Part shown: one piece after another, positions 11,968 to 24,915 of the stretch | How positions within the stretch are numbered: position 1 is the stretch's first letter | Layout of the letters: each line of letters opens with the position of its first letter | From: Gekko japonicus | Taxonomy: Eukaryota | DNA length: 64,000 nucleotides | Assembly: GCF_001447785.1 (NCBI RefSeq) | Contig: NW_015162481.1 | Location: 1,350,899-1,414,898 of the forward strand | Direction: 5' to 3' | Translations under genes and position numbers: made by a program | Notes under the pieces: model-generated | The model's input: the letters and a program-made list of their open reading frames with translations, nothing else | What the model was told of the DNA's origin: nothing | Database searches by the model: none

Positions 11968-12958
11968 GTATGATCTCCTTGTGTTATCTTATGGATGTGG
12001 ATTTTTGCAAACAGTGTAATGCTGGGGGGGGGGAGTATGAAAAAACAGAAGGGCAACTTTTAGAGATGAATTTGTCAGAAAAGATGATAGAAAGGAAGAT
12101 ATTCCAGTGGAAAAGAACTCCAGTAATTTATTTATTTATGCTTTCAACTTGTATCCCGCTCGAACCCCGAGGGGTCTCTGAGCAGCTTACAGTTACTTTT
12201 TTTATCCCTATCTATGGCCACACATAGTCAGGGGTGGGGACTGCCCTACCGGCACCCAGTGGAGGGACTCACTGTTTTTTTTCCCGGTTCGGCTTTTGTC
12301 GGCTCGGCTTTCGGTTCGGCTCCTCTTCTTCTCCTTCCGGTGGTCTTCGGAGTCGGCTGTATTCGGCGGACCCATCTTTGATATGCCATCTTTCCTAACT
12401 GCTGATAATGTAAAACTAGGCTGTTATGGTTTTGAGATACGGTTGCCGGGTCCCCCCTGGCCACCGGCGGGGGATGGGGTGGTAGGGTTGCCAGATCCAG
12501 GCTCAGAGACCCCTAAAGATTTGGGGATGAAGCCTGGGGAGGACGAGGACCTCAGTGGGGTACGATGCCCTGGGAGTCCACCCTCCAAAGCATCCATTTT
12601 CTCCAGGAGAGCTGATCTCTGTGTTCTGAAGATGAGTTGTAACTCTGGGGGGATCCCCAAGTCCCACCTGGAAGCTGGGCAATCCCTAGTTTCTTCTTTT
12701 TTTAGGAAAACAGTGGGGGTACAGAGAAGAAAAGGGGAAAAAACAAGGAAAAAAGGGTTATACAACAGAATTACGTTTTTCAAAGACAATCATGTAGTAC
12801 ATACTGAACGTAAGAACATAAGAACATAAGAGATGCCAATGTTGGATCAGGCCAAAGGCCCATCCAGTCCAACACTCTGTATCACACAGTGGCCAGAAAT
12901 ACCAGTACCAGTCCTACTGTATAGGACGGAGAATATTTTCCCTTTTATATAATTTATA

Positions 12959-13302
12959 TCTATATATCTAATAGCCAAGTGGCCCCGTCTGTGCGGATCG
13001 CTAAATCCGCACTTCGGGGGCACTTGGGGGGCAGGGGGAGGTTTGTGCACATGTGGGGCAGTCCCCACGTGTGCACAAAAATCTTGAATGTGGGGGGGGG
13101 AAATCGGGGGGATGTTTAAATCCCCCCGAAACACACAGAGCGTCCCCTGCGCATGCGCAGGAAACACTCTGCGACCGCCGCCGTCGCTGGAAAGGCAAGC
13201 GGGGAGCCGGGAGGGGGGAAGAGAAAAAGCTCGCTTCGGAGCCGGGGGCGCCTGCACGCGCCCACTCGCCTCTGCCATGACGTGCTCCGGCCGGCGCCTC
13301 GG
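12959..13302 (+). mobile_element. possible non-autonomous Helitron 5' portion (CpG-rich, runs into gap)
   Basis: A|TCTATATATCTAATAG start resembles Helitron 5' ends; abrupt shift to GC/CpG-rich sequence; 3' CTAG end not visible. Confidence 0.35.
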
Positions 13303-14077
13303 NNNNNNNNNNNNNNNNNNNNNNNNNNNNNNNNNNNNNNNNNNNNNNNNNNNNNNNNNNNNNNNNNNNNNNNNNNNNNNNNNNNNNNNNNNNNNNNNNN
13401 NNNNNNNNNNNNNNNNNNNNNNNNNNNNNNNNNNNNNNNNNNNNNNNNNNNNNNNNNNNNNNNNNNNNNNNNNNNNNNNNNNNNNNNNNNNNNNNNNNNN
13501 NNNNNNNNNNNNNNNNNNNNNNNNNNNNNNNNNNNNNNNNNNNNNNNNNNNNNNNNNNNNNNNNNNNNNNNNNNNNNNNNNNNNNNNNNNNNNNNNNNNN
13601 NNNNNNNNNNNNNNNNNNNNNNNNNNNNNNNNNNNNNNNNNNNNNNNNNNNNNNNNNNNNNNNNNNNNNNNNNNNNNNNNNNNNNNNNNNNNNNNNNNNN
13701 NNNNNNNNNNNNNNNNNNNNNNNNNNNNNNNNNNNNNNNNNNNNNNNNNNNNNNNNNNNNNNNNNNNNNNNNNNNNNNNNNNNNNNNNNNNNNNNNNNNN
13801 NNNNNNNNNNNNNNNNNNNNNNNNNNNNNNNNNNNNNNNNNNNNNNNNNNNNNNNNNNNNNNNNNNNNNNNNNNNNNNNNNNNNNNNNNNNNNNNNNNNN
13901 NNNNNNNNNNNNNNNNNNNNNNNNNNNNNNNNNNNNNNNNNNNNNNNNNNNNNNNNNNNNNNNNNNNNNNNNNNNNNNNNNNNNNNNNNNNNNNNNNNNN
14001 NNNNNNNNNNNNNNNNNNNNNNNNNNNNNNNNNNNNNNNNNNNNNNNNNNNNNNNNNNNNNNNNNNNNNNNNNNNNA
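13303..14077. other. assembly gap (775 N)
   Basis: run of N. Confidence 1.
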
Positions 14078-15867
14078 TTTTCACCACTTCTACATATTCA
14101 TTAAAACCTTTAATAGATAAGTAGTATAGATAATAGATAAGTAGATAAGTAGTATAGATAAGTAGTATATCACGGTGTAAAAGAAAGTCTATTGTATATC
14201 TCATATAGAGAACCCATTTGTATTCGAGATATTACATTTGGAACAAATTTTAATTCCACTTCTATTTCATTACTATACAATTGTATATGATAGCCTTCTG
14301 CTAGCATAATACACACTCCATCTGTCCTCAAATTTCATAATAGACCTGTTTCTCAAATAGGTTGTTAATTTTGCCCTTACTGCATATTCACAACAAACCG
14401 GACCACAGTATTTGTGACTAAGTAAAACACTAAATCACTGTGTATAATTGTACAATTTTTTCTGTTTTTATATTATGCTAAATATGAATTATTAATGTAT
14501 TTTAGAATGATTCATTAACACAAATACAACTTAAGCATTAACCATGAAGCTCAACAGTACATTCAGAATGATGTCACTTCTGTAGAAATGTTTACAGCCA
14601 ATAATAAGGTCTTATCTTAGGCACAAGGTCCTAATCTAATATACTTATTACAAAAACAACTAAGACAAACAACAGTGTTCTAGTAATCATTCCGTTTGCG
14701 TATTCTTCATCAGGTTCGTCTGTTGTTGTTGATTCAACACAATCTTGAAGTACTGAAGGCAATGTTTCAAGATTCTTAGTACTAGTTCATATACTATATT
14801 GGTACCAGGCTATTGCATTTAAGTTCTGGTGACTGGGAATCGCCAGTATTAAACTATGATGTGACTAGGTCTACCATACATTTCAAATGGCTGAACTTCC
14901 GAGTTGTTGTTGTTGTTCTTCTTCTTCTTCTTCTGGAGCTCTTCTTTGCAGTTACATTTAAACTATTTATAGGGGGAGAAAAATTGTATTTCCTTGGGAG
15001 GAAGCTGCCTGCTGATGAAGCAACTGTACAGGCTGCTGTTTGTCTCTGTTTAATCCCTTGACAGCATTTGAAACAGACACTGATTTTAATAAATGTTTTG
15101 TAATTCAAGGAACCATCTGTGTGCTTTCTGGTATACATGTCATTTCCCCCCATTGGCTGCTTCTTTGGGTCATTGGCAGAATGATTTTTTTTAAAAAAAT
15201 TAAGAACAACCGAAGCGCTGGCAATTTCTTGAATTAAGGCCCTTCTTGCTAGGAATCATTAATATAAAAAATTCACATCCAGGATGGACTTAGTGACAGA
15301 ACCTGCATTGCTGTTGCCACACAGATGCTGCCAAAAGTGACTATCCCACAGCTGTAATATGTAGTACTTTTGACGTGAAGGTGCATTTTTGAGAGGATTT
15401 CAGAACCATGGATTGATTGGGGTGTAGAAACTAAATTAATGAGGTGTTGGTGCAAATGAATGTTCATACTCAGTATGAAAGGAACAGGAATGACTCACCA
15501 CAATAAGACCATTTTCAGTAGTATCCTTGCGGTGGCCATAATGCTAGTCCTTATGGTTTTTAAAGGCAGAAGACTTCTGATAGTGCAGTATCCTGATGCC
15601 CATGTTCTTTTCAGCTGAGAGTAGGAAGTTGAGGGGGGGAACCCAGTGTGGAATCAGCACACATCACTCCTGTGGAACACTACTGGGAAACGTATGAACA
15701 TACAAAGCCACCATATGCAAGGTCAAGTCATTGGTCCATCTGTCTCTGGACTGTGTACTGTAAGCCATTGGTTATCCAGGGTCTCTGCAAGAGTTTTTTT
15801 CCCTCAGTACCTACTACTCAAAGGCCAAAACCAGATGAGATACTGAGAGATCTGTATATAGACCTAT

Positions 15868-16293
15868 TGTTGTTGTTGTTCAGTCACACAGTCGAGTCCG
15901 ACTCTTCATGACCCCATGGACCATATCACGTCAGACCCTCCTGTCTTCCACCATCCCCTGGAGTTTGCTGAATTTCATGTTCATTGCATCGATAACACTG
16001 TCTAACCATCTCATCCTTTGCCGTCCCCGTCTTCTTTGACCTTCAATCTTTCCCAGCATCAGGGTCTTCTCCAGTGAGTGCTCCCTTCTCATTTGGTGGC
16101 CAAAGTATTTGAGCTTCAGCTTCAGTATCTGGCCTTCGAAGGAATAGTCAGGGTTGATTTCTTTTAGGATTGACTGATTTGATCTCCTTGCAGTCCAAGG
16201 GACTCTCAAGAGTTTTCTCCAGCACCATAATTCAAAAGCATCTATTCTTCGGCGCTCAGCCTTCCTTACGGTATAACTCTCGCAGCCATACAT
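15868..16293 (-). mobile_element. BovB (RTE LINE) 5'-truncated copy
   Basis: ORF 15931..16293(-): MYGCES…RIDAFELWCWR…LRVPWTARRSNQSILKEI…GRQRMRWLD is the BovB RT C-terminus; (CAA)n tail; 11-bp TSD tatagacctat. Confidence 0.95.
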
Positions 16294-17067
16294 TATAGAC
16301 CTATAGGCACTTTAAAAATAGCCAGTGTACAAGGTCTTGCTTGCAGTGTGTAATCATGGTAGAACTAAATCCAAAGATTTTCTTTTCTAACGCGAGGAGT
16401 TGCAAGAATGAGAACGGCTACAGAACCTATCTAGCATATGCTGGTGGATTATAGTTATTGCTATTCCACTCTGGAACCAATCCTGTATCTCGCTTGGACT
16501 CACTTGCTAAATACAGCCTTCCAGTTGATATCCAGTGTCCCATGATCAATGATGCCCTCATTTTTTAAAGACTATGAGTGAAAGTAAATGAAGAGCTTAA
16601 TTCCAGTGCAGGTTATACCAGAATGTAGCAACTGATATCAGTGTTGTTTTAAAGAGATTTTATTGCATGCATCTTTGTACCTAATTTAGTGCTGCTTTTC
16701 GGGTTACTTTGCTCTGATCAAAACTGAATGTTTTCTGTAGTTATGAGTTGAGGGTGTTATATAGTCACTGGATCAAAAGGTATGATGTTGTATTTGGATT
16801 TGATCAAGACAGGAGAGATGTTAGGTGAGCAAATGGTGAACCAAACGTTTGATGAAAATTATGCGTTTGTATTCAAAGTTGCTGATCTTACATTAGACTA
16901 ATGTGATGAATCTTTTAGGCTTGTGGAAGTATCCATGGAACTTAGGTAGGTGAACCCAACACACAGTTGTCTGGATAGTTTGTCCACGTCCTAAATTGAC
17001 CTCATTTTAAATATATATATATATATTATAGGTTGCATTATTAAATAAAGATTATTTTCCCCCTCAG

Positions 17068-17127
17068 GTAGTGCACTTATATCTGTCTTGTTTCAAAAAG
17101 AGAACACGAGGGCTGAAGGTGTATTAG
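17068..17127 (+). CDS. NIPAL2: NIPAL2 coding exon 4: (G)SALISVLFQKENTRAEGVL(G)
   Basis: ttttccccctcag acceptor, TAG|gtaagt donor, 60 nt, phase 1/1. Confidence 0.94.
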   Translation, partial: VVHLYLSCFKKRTRGLKVY

Positions 17128-18188
17128 GTAAGTAAAATGATCCCATCATGTCTAGAATTGTTTTCATAATGAGAAGATTGTATTTTCAAACTCTTCATCC
17201 TCACCAAGCTTCAACATAACTGTACGGTGAACACTTAATGGCTATAGGAAGGAACATTATGGTTTTAAAATGATCAAATTCTATTTATGTTTATCTTTTT
17301 GCTGCCAGTTTTAAACCAGAAAATAATATTTGTATGACAATAGTAGAAATCTCATCAAAACATGGCATCAGCTAATTGCTTGTGTTGCTCTGATTTGGAA
17401 GATTGTCCACAACTCCCGCCCCCCTTTTTAAAAGGAACCATTTGTTCCTTTTGTACTAATTCAAGCCTTTTCCAAAGGCATTTCAGCAATGTTTTGGCAA
17501 ACATGATCTTTATTGTACAAAACACTAGACTTCCTGGCTGCCTCAGAGATATTTCTACAAATCAAGACATCCTCTATTTATTAGGAATGAGACTAATTCC
17601 AGCAAAATTTGGGGTTGCTTTACATAAGACAATAAGGCATTGCTGGTTTTTGGTATTTAAGACTTCTCTGTGTAATAATTCATATGCGTAAATGTTGTTG
17701 ACACATTTAAGATGACGGTGGTTTTCGAATTTTGTTACGATGCTCATTCCCGCAGCAGCTGGCTGTGCTTTCTAATGCTCAGCTGGACTTGTAAAAAGCA
17801 GTGCTGGCGAGAGTGTCTTTCCACCAGCCCCTGCAGTCAGCAGAAAAGCCCACCAACTGCACTGGCAGCTCAGCCCACTCTGTTCCCATCGTTCACCAAG
17901 GCTGTTTCCACACAGGAAAGCCCCCCTCCCTCCCCTGGGGCCAGGATTTGAGAGCATCCAGATGACATTGTGCCCAGGGTGGGCACAACTTATCTGGCTG
18001 CTACGTTTCCCCCCCCCTTCTTTGAGCGAGATTAAAATAAGATGGCTTTTGAGTGGATGTGATGGAGAAAAGGTGGGTGAGGAGGGCCGCAGGAGCAGGG
18101 AGTGCAGCAGGGATGGGTGTGTGTGCCCGTTCCCTCTCTGCTCGCTGTTGCTCCTGTGGTGGGGGCATATTTTTTATGCCCTAGTGTG

Positions 18189-18530
18189 CAGGGGTCATTT
18201 TGTAGAAAAAGAGCTAGGGGAACTCATTAGCATAACTCATTAGCATATGCCACACCCCCTGACATCAGGGACCCGGCGGTGGACCTGCAAGGCCAGCAGG
18301 AGTGCAAGGAAGCCCCGCCAAGGCCCTCCCTGGCCCCAGGCAGGCAGGGGTGGGGAAAGGCGGGGAGGAAGCAACTTACCCTCCCTCTTCTCCTGCCTCC
18401 TCCTGGCTGAATGAGGGCTGGAAGCGGGGTGGCCGGAAGCAGGGGGCGGGGCTTCATCATGTGCCCCGCCCCCCTGCACCTCACTCGGGGGAACTGTGTT
18501 CCCCCGCGTTCCCCCCCGAAATGACCTCTG
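18189..18530 (+). mobile_element. family-C hAT MITE
   Basis: TIR caggggtcattt/aaatgacctctg; TSD ctagtgtg/cttgtgtg. Confidence 0.9.
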
Positions 18531-20604
18531 CTTGTGTGGAAACATGTGGAAACTCCGTCCTCTTGCTTATGTGCACTGAGGGTAGTGGATCTCATTAAAT
18601 ATTACTCTTTTTTAAAAAATGCACAGGCATGCCCTGGGGCATGTGTGGGCATGCCCTCCTGAATTTAAAAAAAAAGAGCCAAAAAATGCATCTGAAGCCT
18701 ACCAAGTGTATCTGGGAAGGGAGAAGATTGAGACAGATGTGTTGCTCCTGATAAGGTACACATGAATCTGCCTTATACTTTATCAGACCCTTGGTCCATC
18801 AAGGCCAGTATAGTCTACTCAGACTGGCAGTGGCTCTCCAAGATCTCAGGCAGAGGTCTTTCACACCTACCACCTGGTCCTTTTACCTGGAGATGCTGGC
18901 AAGAGACAGCCAGCCACTCCTTTTCAGTGCATGTACACTTTACAGTCTCAAAGTATACTTTGCACACTTCATTATCGATGAAAAAATTCTCCTTCTAGGA
19001 AACATGCCCTGTTTGAAGTGTCCCCTCAGTCAGGGCAACATGGGAAGAAGGACATCTGGGCTATTCCTGTAAATAAGCAAAGGGATGACGGTGCCTATGG
19101 GAGTAATGGCTGTCATTGCACAGCTGTGGGGAAAGACAGTCGGTACTGCTCCAGCAGCCCCGTAACATTGAGTCTGTTGATCCTAGTGATACATGGAGAA
19201 TTCATCCCTCGGCTGATCGTGTTCCCCCTTCAGCCTTGTATGCTGCACATTGTTTTAACTAGAGCTCTGTGCTGATTTATATTATTTCTCTGAGCTTGTC
19301 TTTGCCGTGAAGGTTTTTAACAGTCTTGCTGCATTCCATTGGAGTTAGCTGTACAATGGCAGATCCTGGTGATTGTTGGGAGCTCTTGTGTTAGCACATA
19401 AATACAGAATGCTGCCATCCCCCCCTCCCAAATAGGGTGTGAGCTGTAATGTCCCACCGATGTTTTGTGCAGTATTTCGTACCCCAGAATCTCACGTTCC
19501 ATATAAATGATTGGCTGTAGGAGTGGGGAACCTTTAAATAGAAAAGATACGTGAAACCACATTGCCAAGTTTAAATTGGCATGTCAGCAGCAGCAAAGAA
19601 AGTAAGACACACTCGTTTGGAGAAGCATGTATTGCCTCTTCACACATTCAAGCGCACTGTGTCACAAATGCACATTGTCCGCTTTAGAGCTTTGACTCTT
19701 GAATGCTCCTGCCCTGAAAAATCTTGTTGGTCTCTAAGGGGCAACTGGGATGGATCTAATTGTCCTCTTTTGCATCAGCACTTGTCCCTACCCCTGTATA
19801 CAACACAGCAACAGAAGCCACTACTGAGATTTGTAGGCTGGGGAGGGGAGCAGGAATCTCCCTGGTTTCCTAGACTGCATTCCCTATCTGTTGAACAGCA
19901 GCCTGTGCCTAGCATAGCACCTCTTTGGGCTGGAGACTCTAGGCACGTGCCTTGCTTGTAGGGTTGCCAACCTCCACATGGGGCCTGGAGATCTCCCAGT
20001 ATTACAACTGATCACCAGACAACAGAAATCAGCAGAAAACTGAACCGCCTGCAGTGGCATTTAGCTATGGGCGGCACTTTCCAGGGACACGCTTTCCCTT
20101 CCACAGTTTTCTTTCCACGCTCCCTCTCCCTACTGTTAATGACTCACCAAGCAAAACTGTGTGGCTCTGGGTGGAATTTAAAAGTCAGCAGGACAAAAAA
20201 AATGTTGCCTAACCACACAATTTTATTATGATTTATTGGCTTGCCAAAAGCCACCTTGCGAGTTTGTGGCCAGTGTTTTAGTTCCTGCCCAGTGTTTTAG
20301 TTGTTGTTTTTGTCTTTTTGTAGGTGCATTTTAGCTCTGATTTTAATTGTTTTAATGATGTGTTTCTGTTGGTTTTAATGGTTTTTAAGTTGTGGTTTTA
20401 TTTTGTGCGTTTTTAATTTGTTAGCTGCCTTTGTGGCCCTTATGAGGTCAGAAAGGCATGGTATAAATTTTGTAAAATAAATACAATAATTGCTGCCGCA
20501 AGTGCAGAGGCATGAACATTGGCCACAGAGCTTCCGCACAGATGTCCTGTGTGAACTCCCACCTGTGTAATAACCAGGAATAATCCTCTCCTATAGGAAA
20601 TTAA

Positions 20605-20947
20605 GGAGCTGCGATGGCTCAAGTGGTTAAGACGCTGAACTGCAGGCTGTGGAAGGTCGGTAGTTCAGCAGTTCAAGACCTGGGTGACGCAAGACGGAGT
20701 GAACTCCTGTCTCTGGTTCCAGCTCCTGCCAACCTAGCAGTTCAAAAGCAAGAAATTGCAAGTAGATAAATAGGTACCACTTCGGTGGGAAGGTAACAGC
20801 GTTCCGTGCGCCTTGGTGTTTAGTCATGCCGGCCACATGACCACGGAAACGTCTTCGGACAGCGCTGGCTCTTCAGCTTTGAAACGGAGATGAGCACCGC
20901 AACCCTAGAGTCGGACTCGACTGGCTTTCGAGCAAGGGAAACCTTTA
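20605..20947 (+). mobile_element. full-length Sauria SINE
   Basis: tRNA-like head, gataaataggtacc core, BovB-like tail ending ACCTTT; perfect 15-bp TSD cctataggaaattaa. Confidence 0.92.
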
Positions 20948-21139
20948 CCTATAGGAAATTAACCTGAAGGGGTGGAGTGACTGTGGAAGAATGATAGAAA
21001 GCTGTCTCTTGCCGGTGACATTTTTGCATAAAAACTGGTTGTATAAATTCATCCGCCGTATGCTAGAGAGAGCTTGGTACCATGTTCTAAACATATGGCT
21101 TAAAGAGTAACATGTTTGTCTCCATGTGTTTATTTCAAG

Positions 21140-21261
21140 GTGGAACTCTGATAATCGCAGGAACATTTTTGTTGGTGACATTTGCTCCTCACGTTGCCCA
21201 GGAACCCACAGCAAGAAGCATACAGAGTTATTTAGTTAGCTGGCAGGTCCTGATTTATGTG
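21140..21261 (+). CDS. NIPAL2: NIPAL2 coding exon 5: (G)GTLIIAGTFLLVTFAPHVAQEPTARSIQSYLVSWQVLIYV
   Basis: tatttcaag acceptor, GTG|gtgagt donor, 122 nt; within ORF 21112..21294. Confidence 0.95.
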
Positions 21262-21784
21262 GTGAGTCCAGTCTTCATAATCTGCTATCTGTAATTCAGA
21301 TGCTCTTGATCTGCATCACGAGGCACAGAGTCAACGTTGCTTTCTGTGGGACAGATTGCTCTCCCAGTCGAGGATGTTGCAATTCTCACTTCAGCTGCTA
21401 TTCTTTCCACATTCCTTGTGTCAAACAGAGTGAAATCAAAGATGCCTCTCCAAGCCGAATATAGAAAGGAGCAGGAGAAAGCCAGGCTGGATTTGCTGAG
21501 ATGGGACATGATGCAGGCTAGCATAAGAAGAACAGCATTTGTGTAGTGCCATCCTGTCTGCTGGGTTATTTTGCATTAATATGTTTTCAAATTCTTCAAG
21601 TGACCAGAGGCTTGGCTTTATGTAAAATATAGCATATCTGTTCCACTCCATTCTGAATTTTCAGTATGAGAGTTGTATGAGAAGTAGCTAAACGCAATTC
21701 TCTGAGTCCATTGAAGTCGATTGGTGTAGAAGAGTGTAACTCTGTTGAGGACCGAGCTCTTAGCTGTGGGAATCCAATACAGCA

Positions 21785-22274
21785 CAGGGGTCGTTTCGTA
21801 GAAAAAGAGCTAGGGGAACTCATTAGCATAACTCATTAGCATATGCCACACCCCCTGACATCACTGGAAGTGTGTCGTGAGGCCACGCCCCCTCACCAGA
21901 AGTGTGTCATAAGGCCACACCCACCACTCAGTTAGTCTTAGTCTTAAAGGTTAGTTTTAAAGGTGCTATTTGTTAGTCTTAAAGGTGCTATTTGAACTCT
22001 TGGACTATTTTGCAGCAACAGACTAACACAGCTACCTCGGGGAAGCTCCTGGATGGGGCTGGGAGTCCTTGCGGAGGCCACATGGAGTGGCCTCGGCCAG
22101 GCAGAGGGGGAGGACGCCAACTTACCCTCCTGCTTCTTCCTCCTTCTGCAACAGAATGAGGCTGGAAGAAGGGGGCGGCCGGAAGAAGGGGCGGGGCTTC
22201 GTCATGTGCCCCGCCCCCCTGCACCTCACCCGGGGGAACTGCGATCCCCCGCGATCCCCCCCGAAATGACCTCT
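21785..22274 (+). mobile_element. family-C MITE containing a Penelope-like fragment (about 21925-22036)
   Basis: TIRs as at 18189; internal gtcttaaaggtgc…cagactaacacagctacc is the reverse complement of 60040-60120. Confidence 0.75.
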
Positions 22275-22930
22275 CTGCAGCTCCAAGCTTGAATGGGTGG
22301 TTAGGAAAGCAAGAAAGACTTTTAGGCCAAACATAAACAGAAGTCCTGTGGCCTCCTTGAGATTGCACATTATTATTTTAGCAAAAGCTTTTGTGGACCA
22401 GGACCTGGTTTGTGATAGCCTGTTAGTGAGTCCTCTCTCAGCAAATATGTATTTATAGGATTATGAGGGGGGGAAACAGCTAGATCGAGGGGTGGTGAAA
22501 TGTCAGAAATACAAGTTGAGATGTAGTTATGTAGAATTCACATGTAATCAACTTTACTAAATTAGTTAACACCTACAGTGGCTGATTTGTTTATTCAGAT
22601 ATTTCTACCACACTTTTCTCCCCAGTGGGGATCCAAAGGAGACCACCACATCCGTTTCCCATGTTATCCTCACAACAACAGTTATCCTGTGAGGGAGGTC
22701 AGGCTGAATTGGTCACTGCCGGAAGAACACTGCGTGAACCTCCATGGCAGAGTGGGGAATTTAAGCCTGAGCCTCCAAGATCCTGGACTCCCACTCTAAC
22801 CACTGCCCCAAGCTGAGTCGGGATTAGGGAGGACTGATTTTTCATGTCCTGCAATTTAGCCTGAAAAAGTGTTTTTGTGTACTGACCAAGAGATAGTTGT
22901 TGGCAGCAGGGTGAAATGCTAGGTTAAATC

Positions 22931-23243
22931 CAGGGGTCTTGTTGTAGAAAAAGAGCTGCCGGAGCTCATTAGCATAACTCATTAGCATAACTTATTTGCA
23001 TATGCCACGCCCCCTGACATCACCGGAAGTGACAGAAGGCCACACCCCCTGACATCACCGGAAGTGTGTCAGAAGGCCCGGCTACTTACCCTCCTGCTTC
23101 ATCCTCATTCCCAAACGGAATGAGGATCGAAGCAGAGGGCGGGGTAAAGAAGGGGGCGGGGCTTCACCACGTGACCGCCCCGCCCCCTAGAGGTTCTCTT
23201 CTGGAGCTCCGTACCTGAGAGCTCCCCCCCGACTAGAGCCCTG
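22931..23243 (+). mobile_element. family-C-related hAT MITE with three octamer motifs
   Basis: perfect TSD gttaaatc; CAGGG…CCCTG termini. Confidence 0.88.
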
Positions 23244-23286
23244 GTTAAATCCATTTATTTTCTTTTTTTTCTTTTTGGTGAGTATC

Positions 23287-23507
23287 TGTGTGTGTGTGTG
23301 CGTGCATGCCTGGAAGTCATGGTTGACTTCTGGTGACCCCTAGTGGGGCTTGGATGTTCAGAGAGGTGGCTTGCTATTGCCTGCCTCTGCCTCCCGGCCC
23401 TGGTATTTCTTGGAGGTCTCCCATCCTTGTACTTGCCAGGGTCAGTGCTCCTTAGATTCCAAGATCTGATGAGATCAGGCTTGCCTGGGCTATTCAGGTC
23501 AGGGCTA
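23287..23507 (-). mobile_element. 5S rRNA-derived SINE (SINE3-type)
   Basis: minus strand reads cctgatctcatcagatcttgga…ggatgggagacc…aataccaggg (5S internal control region), then a non-5S tail and (CA)n. Copies at 24714-24915(+), 50020-50255(-), 50275-50447(-) and 62087-62306(-). Confidence 0.8.
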
Positions 23508-24713
23508 GGTTAAACCCATTTCTGTACTTGTGAGTATATGCTAGATGCCATGGAAAGCAGATTAATAATGGTGGTTCAGTTGTTTAAAGTTCAGGGAACT
23601 TTGACATTTCCAGTAACACCGGAATAGCGGTGCAATCCCAAAAACACTTTCCTGGGAGTAAGTCCCATAGAATAGACCTGAGTAGGATCCTGATTAGACC
23701 CGCTTAGTGTCGTTTTGCGCATTAGGCGTCAGGCAGTGCAATCCTATGCAGCTATTGCAGTCTATAACCATTGACTGTCTGGCGGTGCAATCCCTTGACT
23801 TCCATGGTTTTAGACTGGAGAAACTCTGCATGGGAATTGCGCTGTGAGAATGAGCTGGGGGACCAAAGACTCTCTTGTCCATCCTTCTTTCCTCCTGAGT
23901 GCAATGTGCCCTTTGCTTCCTAGAACTGACAGTGGTCTTGTGAGTGATATGTCTGAACTGATGCTAACCATGACTAACTTCAAACTAGATATGCACCTTT
24001 AATGCACATAGAGAATTGTACCATGGTTAGCTCTAAAAAGGGAAAGGAGGGGGATCAGTTCTTGGGATGGGGGGGAGTCTGCAGCACATTTCCTGACCGC
24101 AGTGAAGAGATTATGAACGTGATGTCAGCCAAAATCTCTACTGGGCAGCTACGTTTTAAGCCAGCTCTTCACCCTGCCAACACAGCCAATGATATTTCAT
24201 TCCCAGTGAATTAAAAGGTCTTGAAATCATAGGCTTGTTAGAGGGGGGAAAGACCTTTCCTCACCTTCTAAGCTTTAGGCTGTAATCCAGGAAAGCACTT
24301 AAACACTTGCTTGGACATTTTCCCCCCTGAACGTTTACTGGTGACCTAATTTTTCTGTGAGAAATGAAAAAAGGTGTGAAGTGGAACTTTGACCTCCTTC
24401 TTCTTTGAGCAAATGGGCTGGATCCAAACGTGCCCTTCCTGTTCTTCGGGGAGTCTTCCAATCATGGCAAAACTCCTGTTTACAGAAGAACTTTCAGTTT
24501 CCAAAGAAGGACTTCTGTTGAAGGAACACTGTGTCCATCTGCTTAGGGAAGGAGCACCTCAGGGACAGGAAGCCCATCAGGGACAGTTTGAAATCTGGGA
24601 CTCTTGGTTCAGAATTCTGAAGTCAGGATAACAAGGACTAACTGCTTGTTTATATTGATTAGCCTGTGTCACTGGTTGATTTAAATCAATTTAGTTGTAT
24701 TGTTTGAATAATA

Positions 24714-24915
24714 GTAGCCCAGCCTAGCCTGATCTCATCAAAGCTCGGAAGCCTAAGCAAAGTTGGCCACAGTTGGTACTTGGATGGGAGACCACCAAGG
24801 AAGGCTAGGGTTGCCATGCAGAGGAAAGCAATGGTAAACCATCTCTGCTTATCTCTTGCCTTGAAAACCCCATGAGAGGTCGCCAGAAGTCAGTTGCGAC
24901 TTGTCGGTACACAGT
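24714..24915 (+). mobile_element. 5S rRNA-derived SINE
   Basis: cctgatctcatc…ctcggaagc…gtacttggatgggagacc, followed by the shared tail. Confidence 0.8.

Noticed and set aside
12959-13302. CpG-island promoter of a nested gene
   Set aside because: Short, sharply bounded and adjacent to a gap; better explained as a young repeat. No associated exon was found.
13088-14204. ORFs of 323-362 aa
   Set aside because: Artefacts of translating through the N gap.
23287-24915. 5S rRNA genes
   Set aside because: Many mismatches to 5S, altered 5' ends and fusion to a shared repeat tail; these are SINEs.
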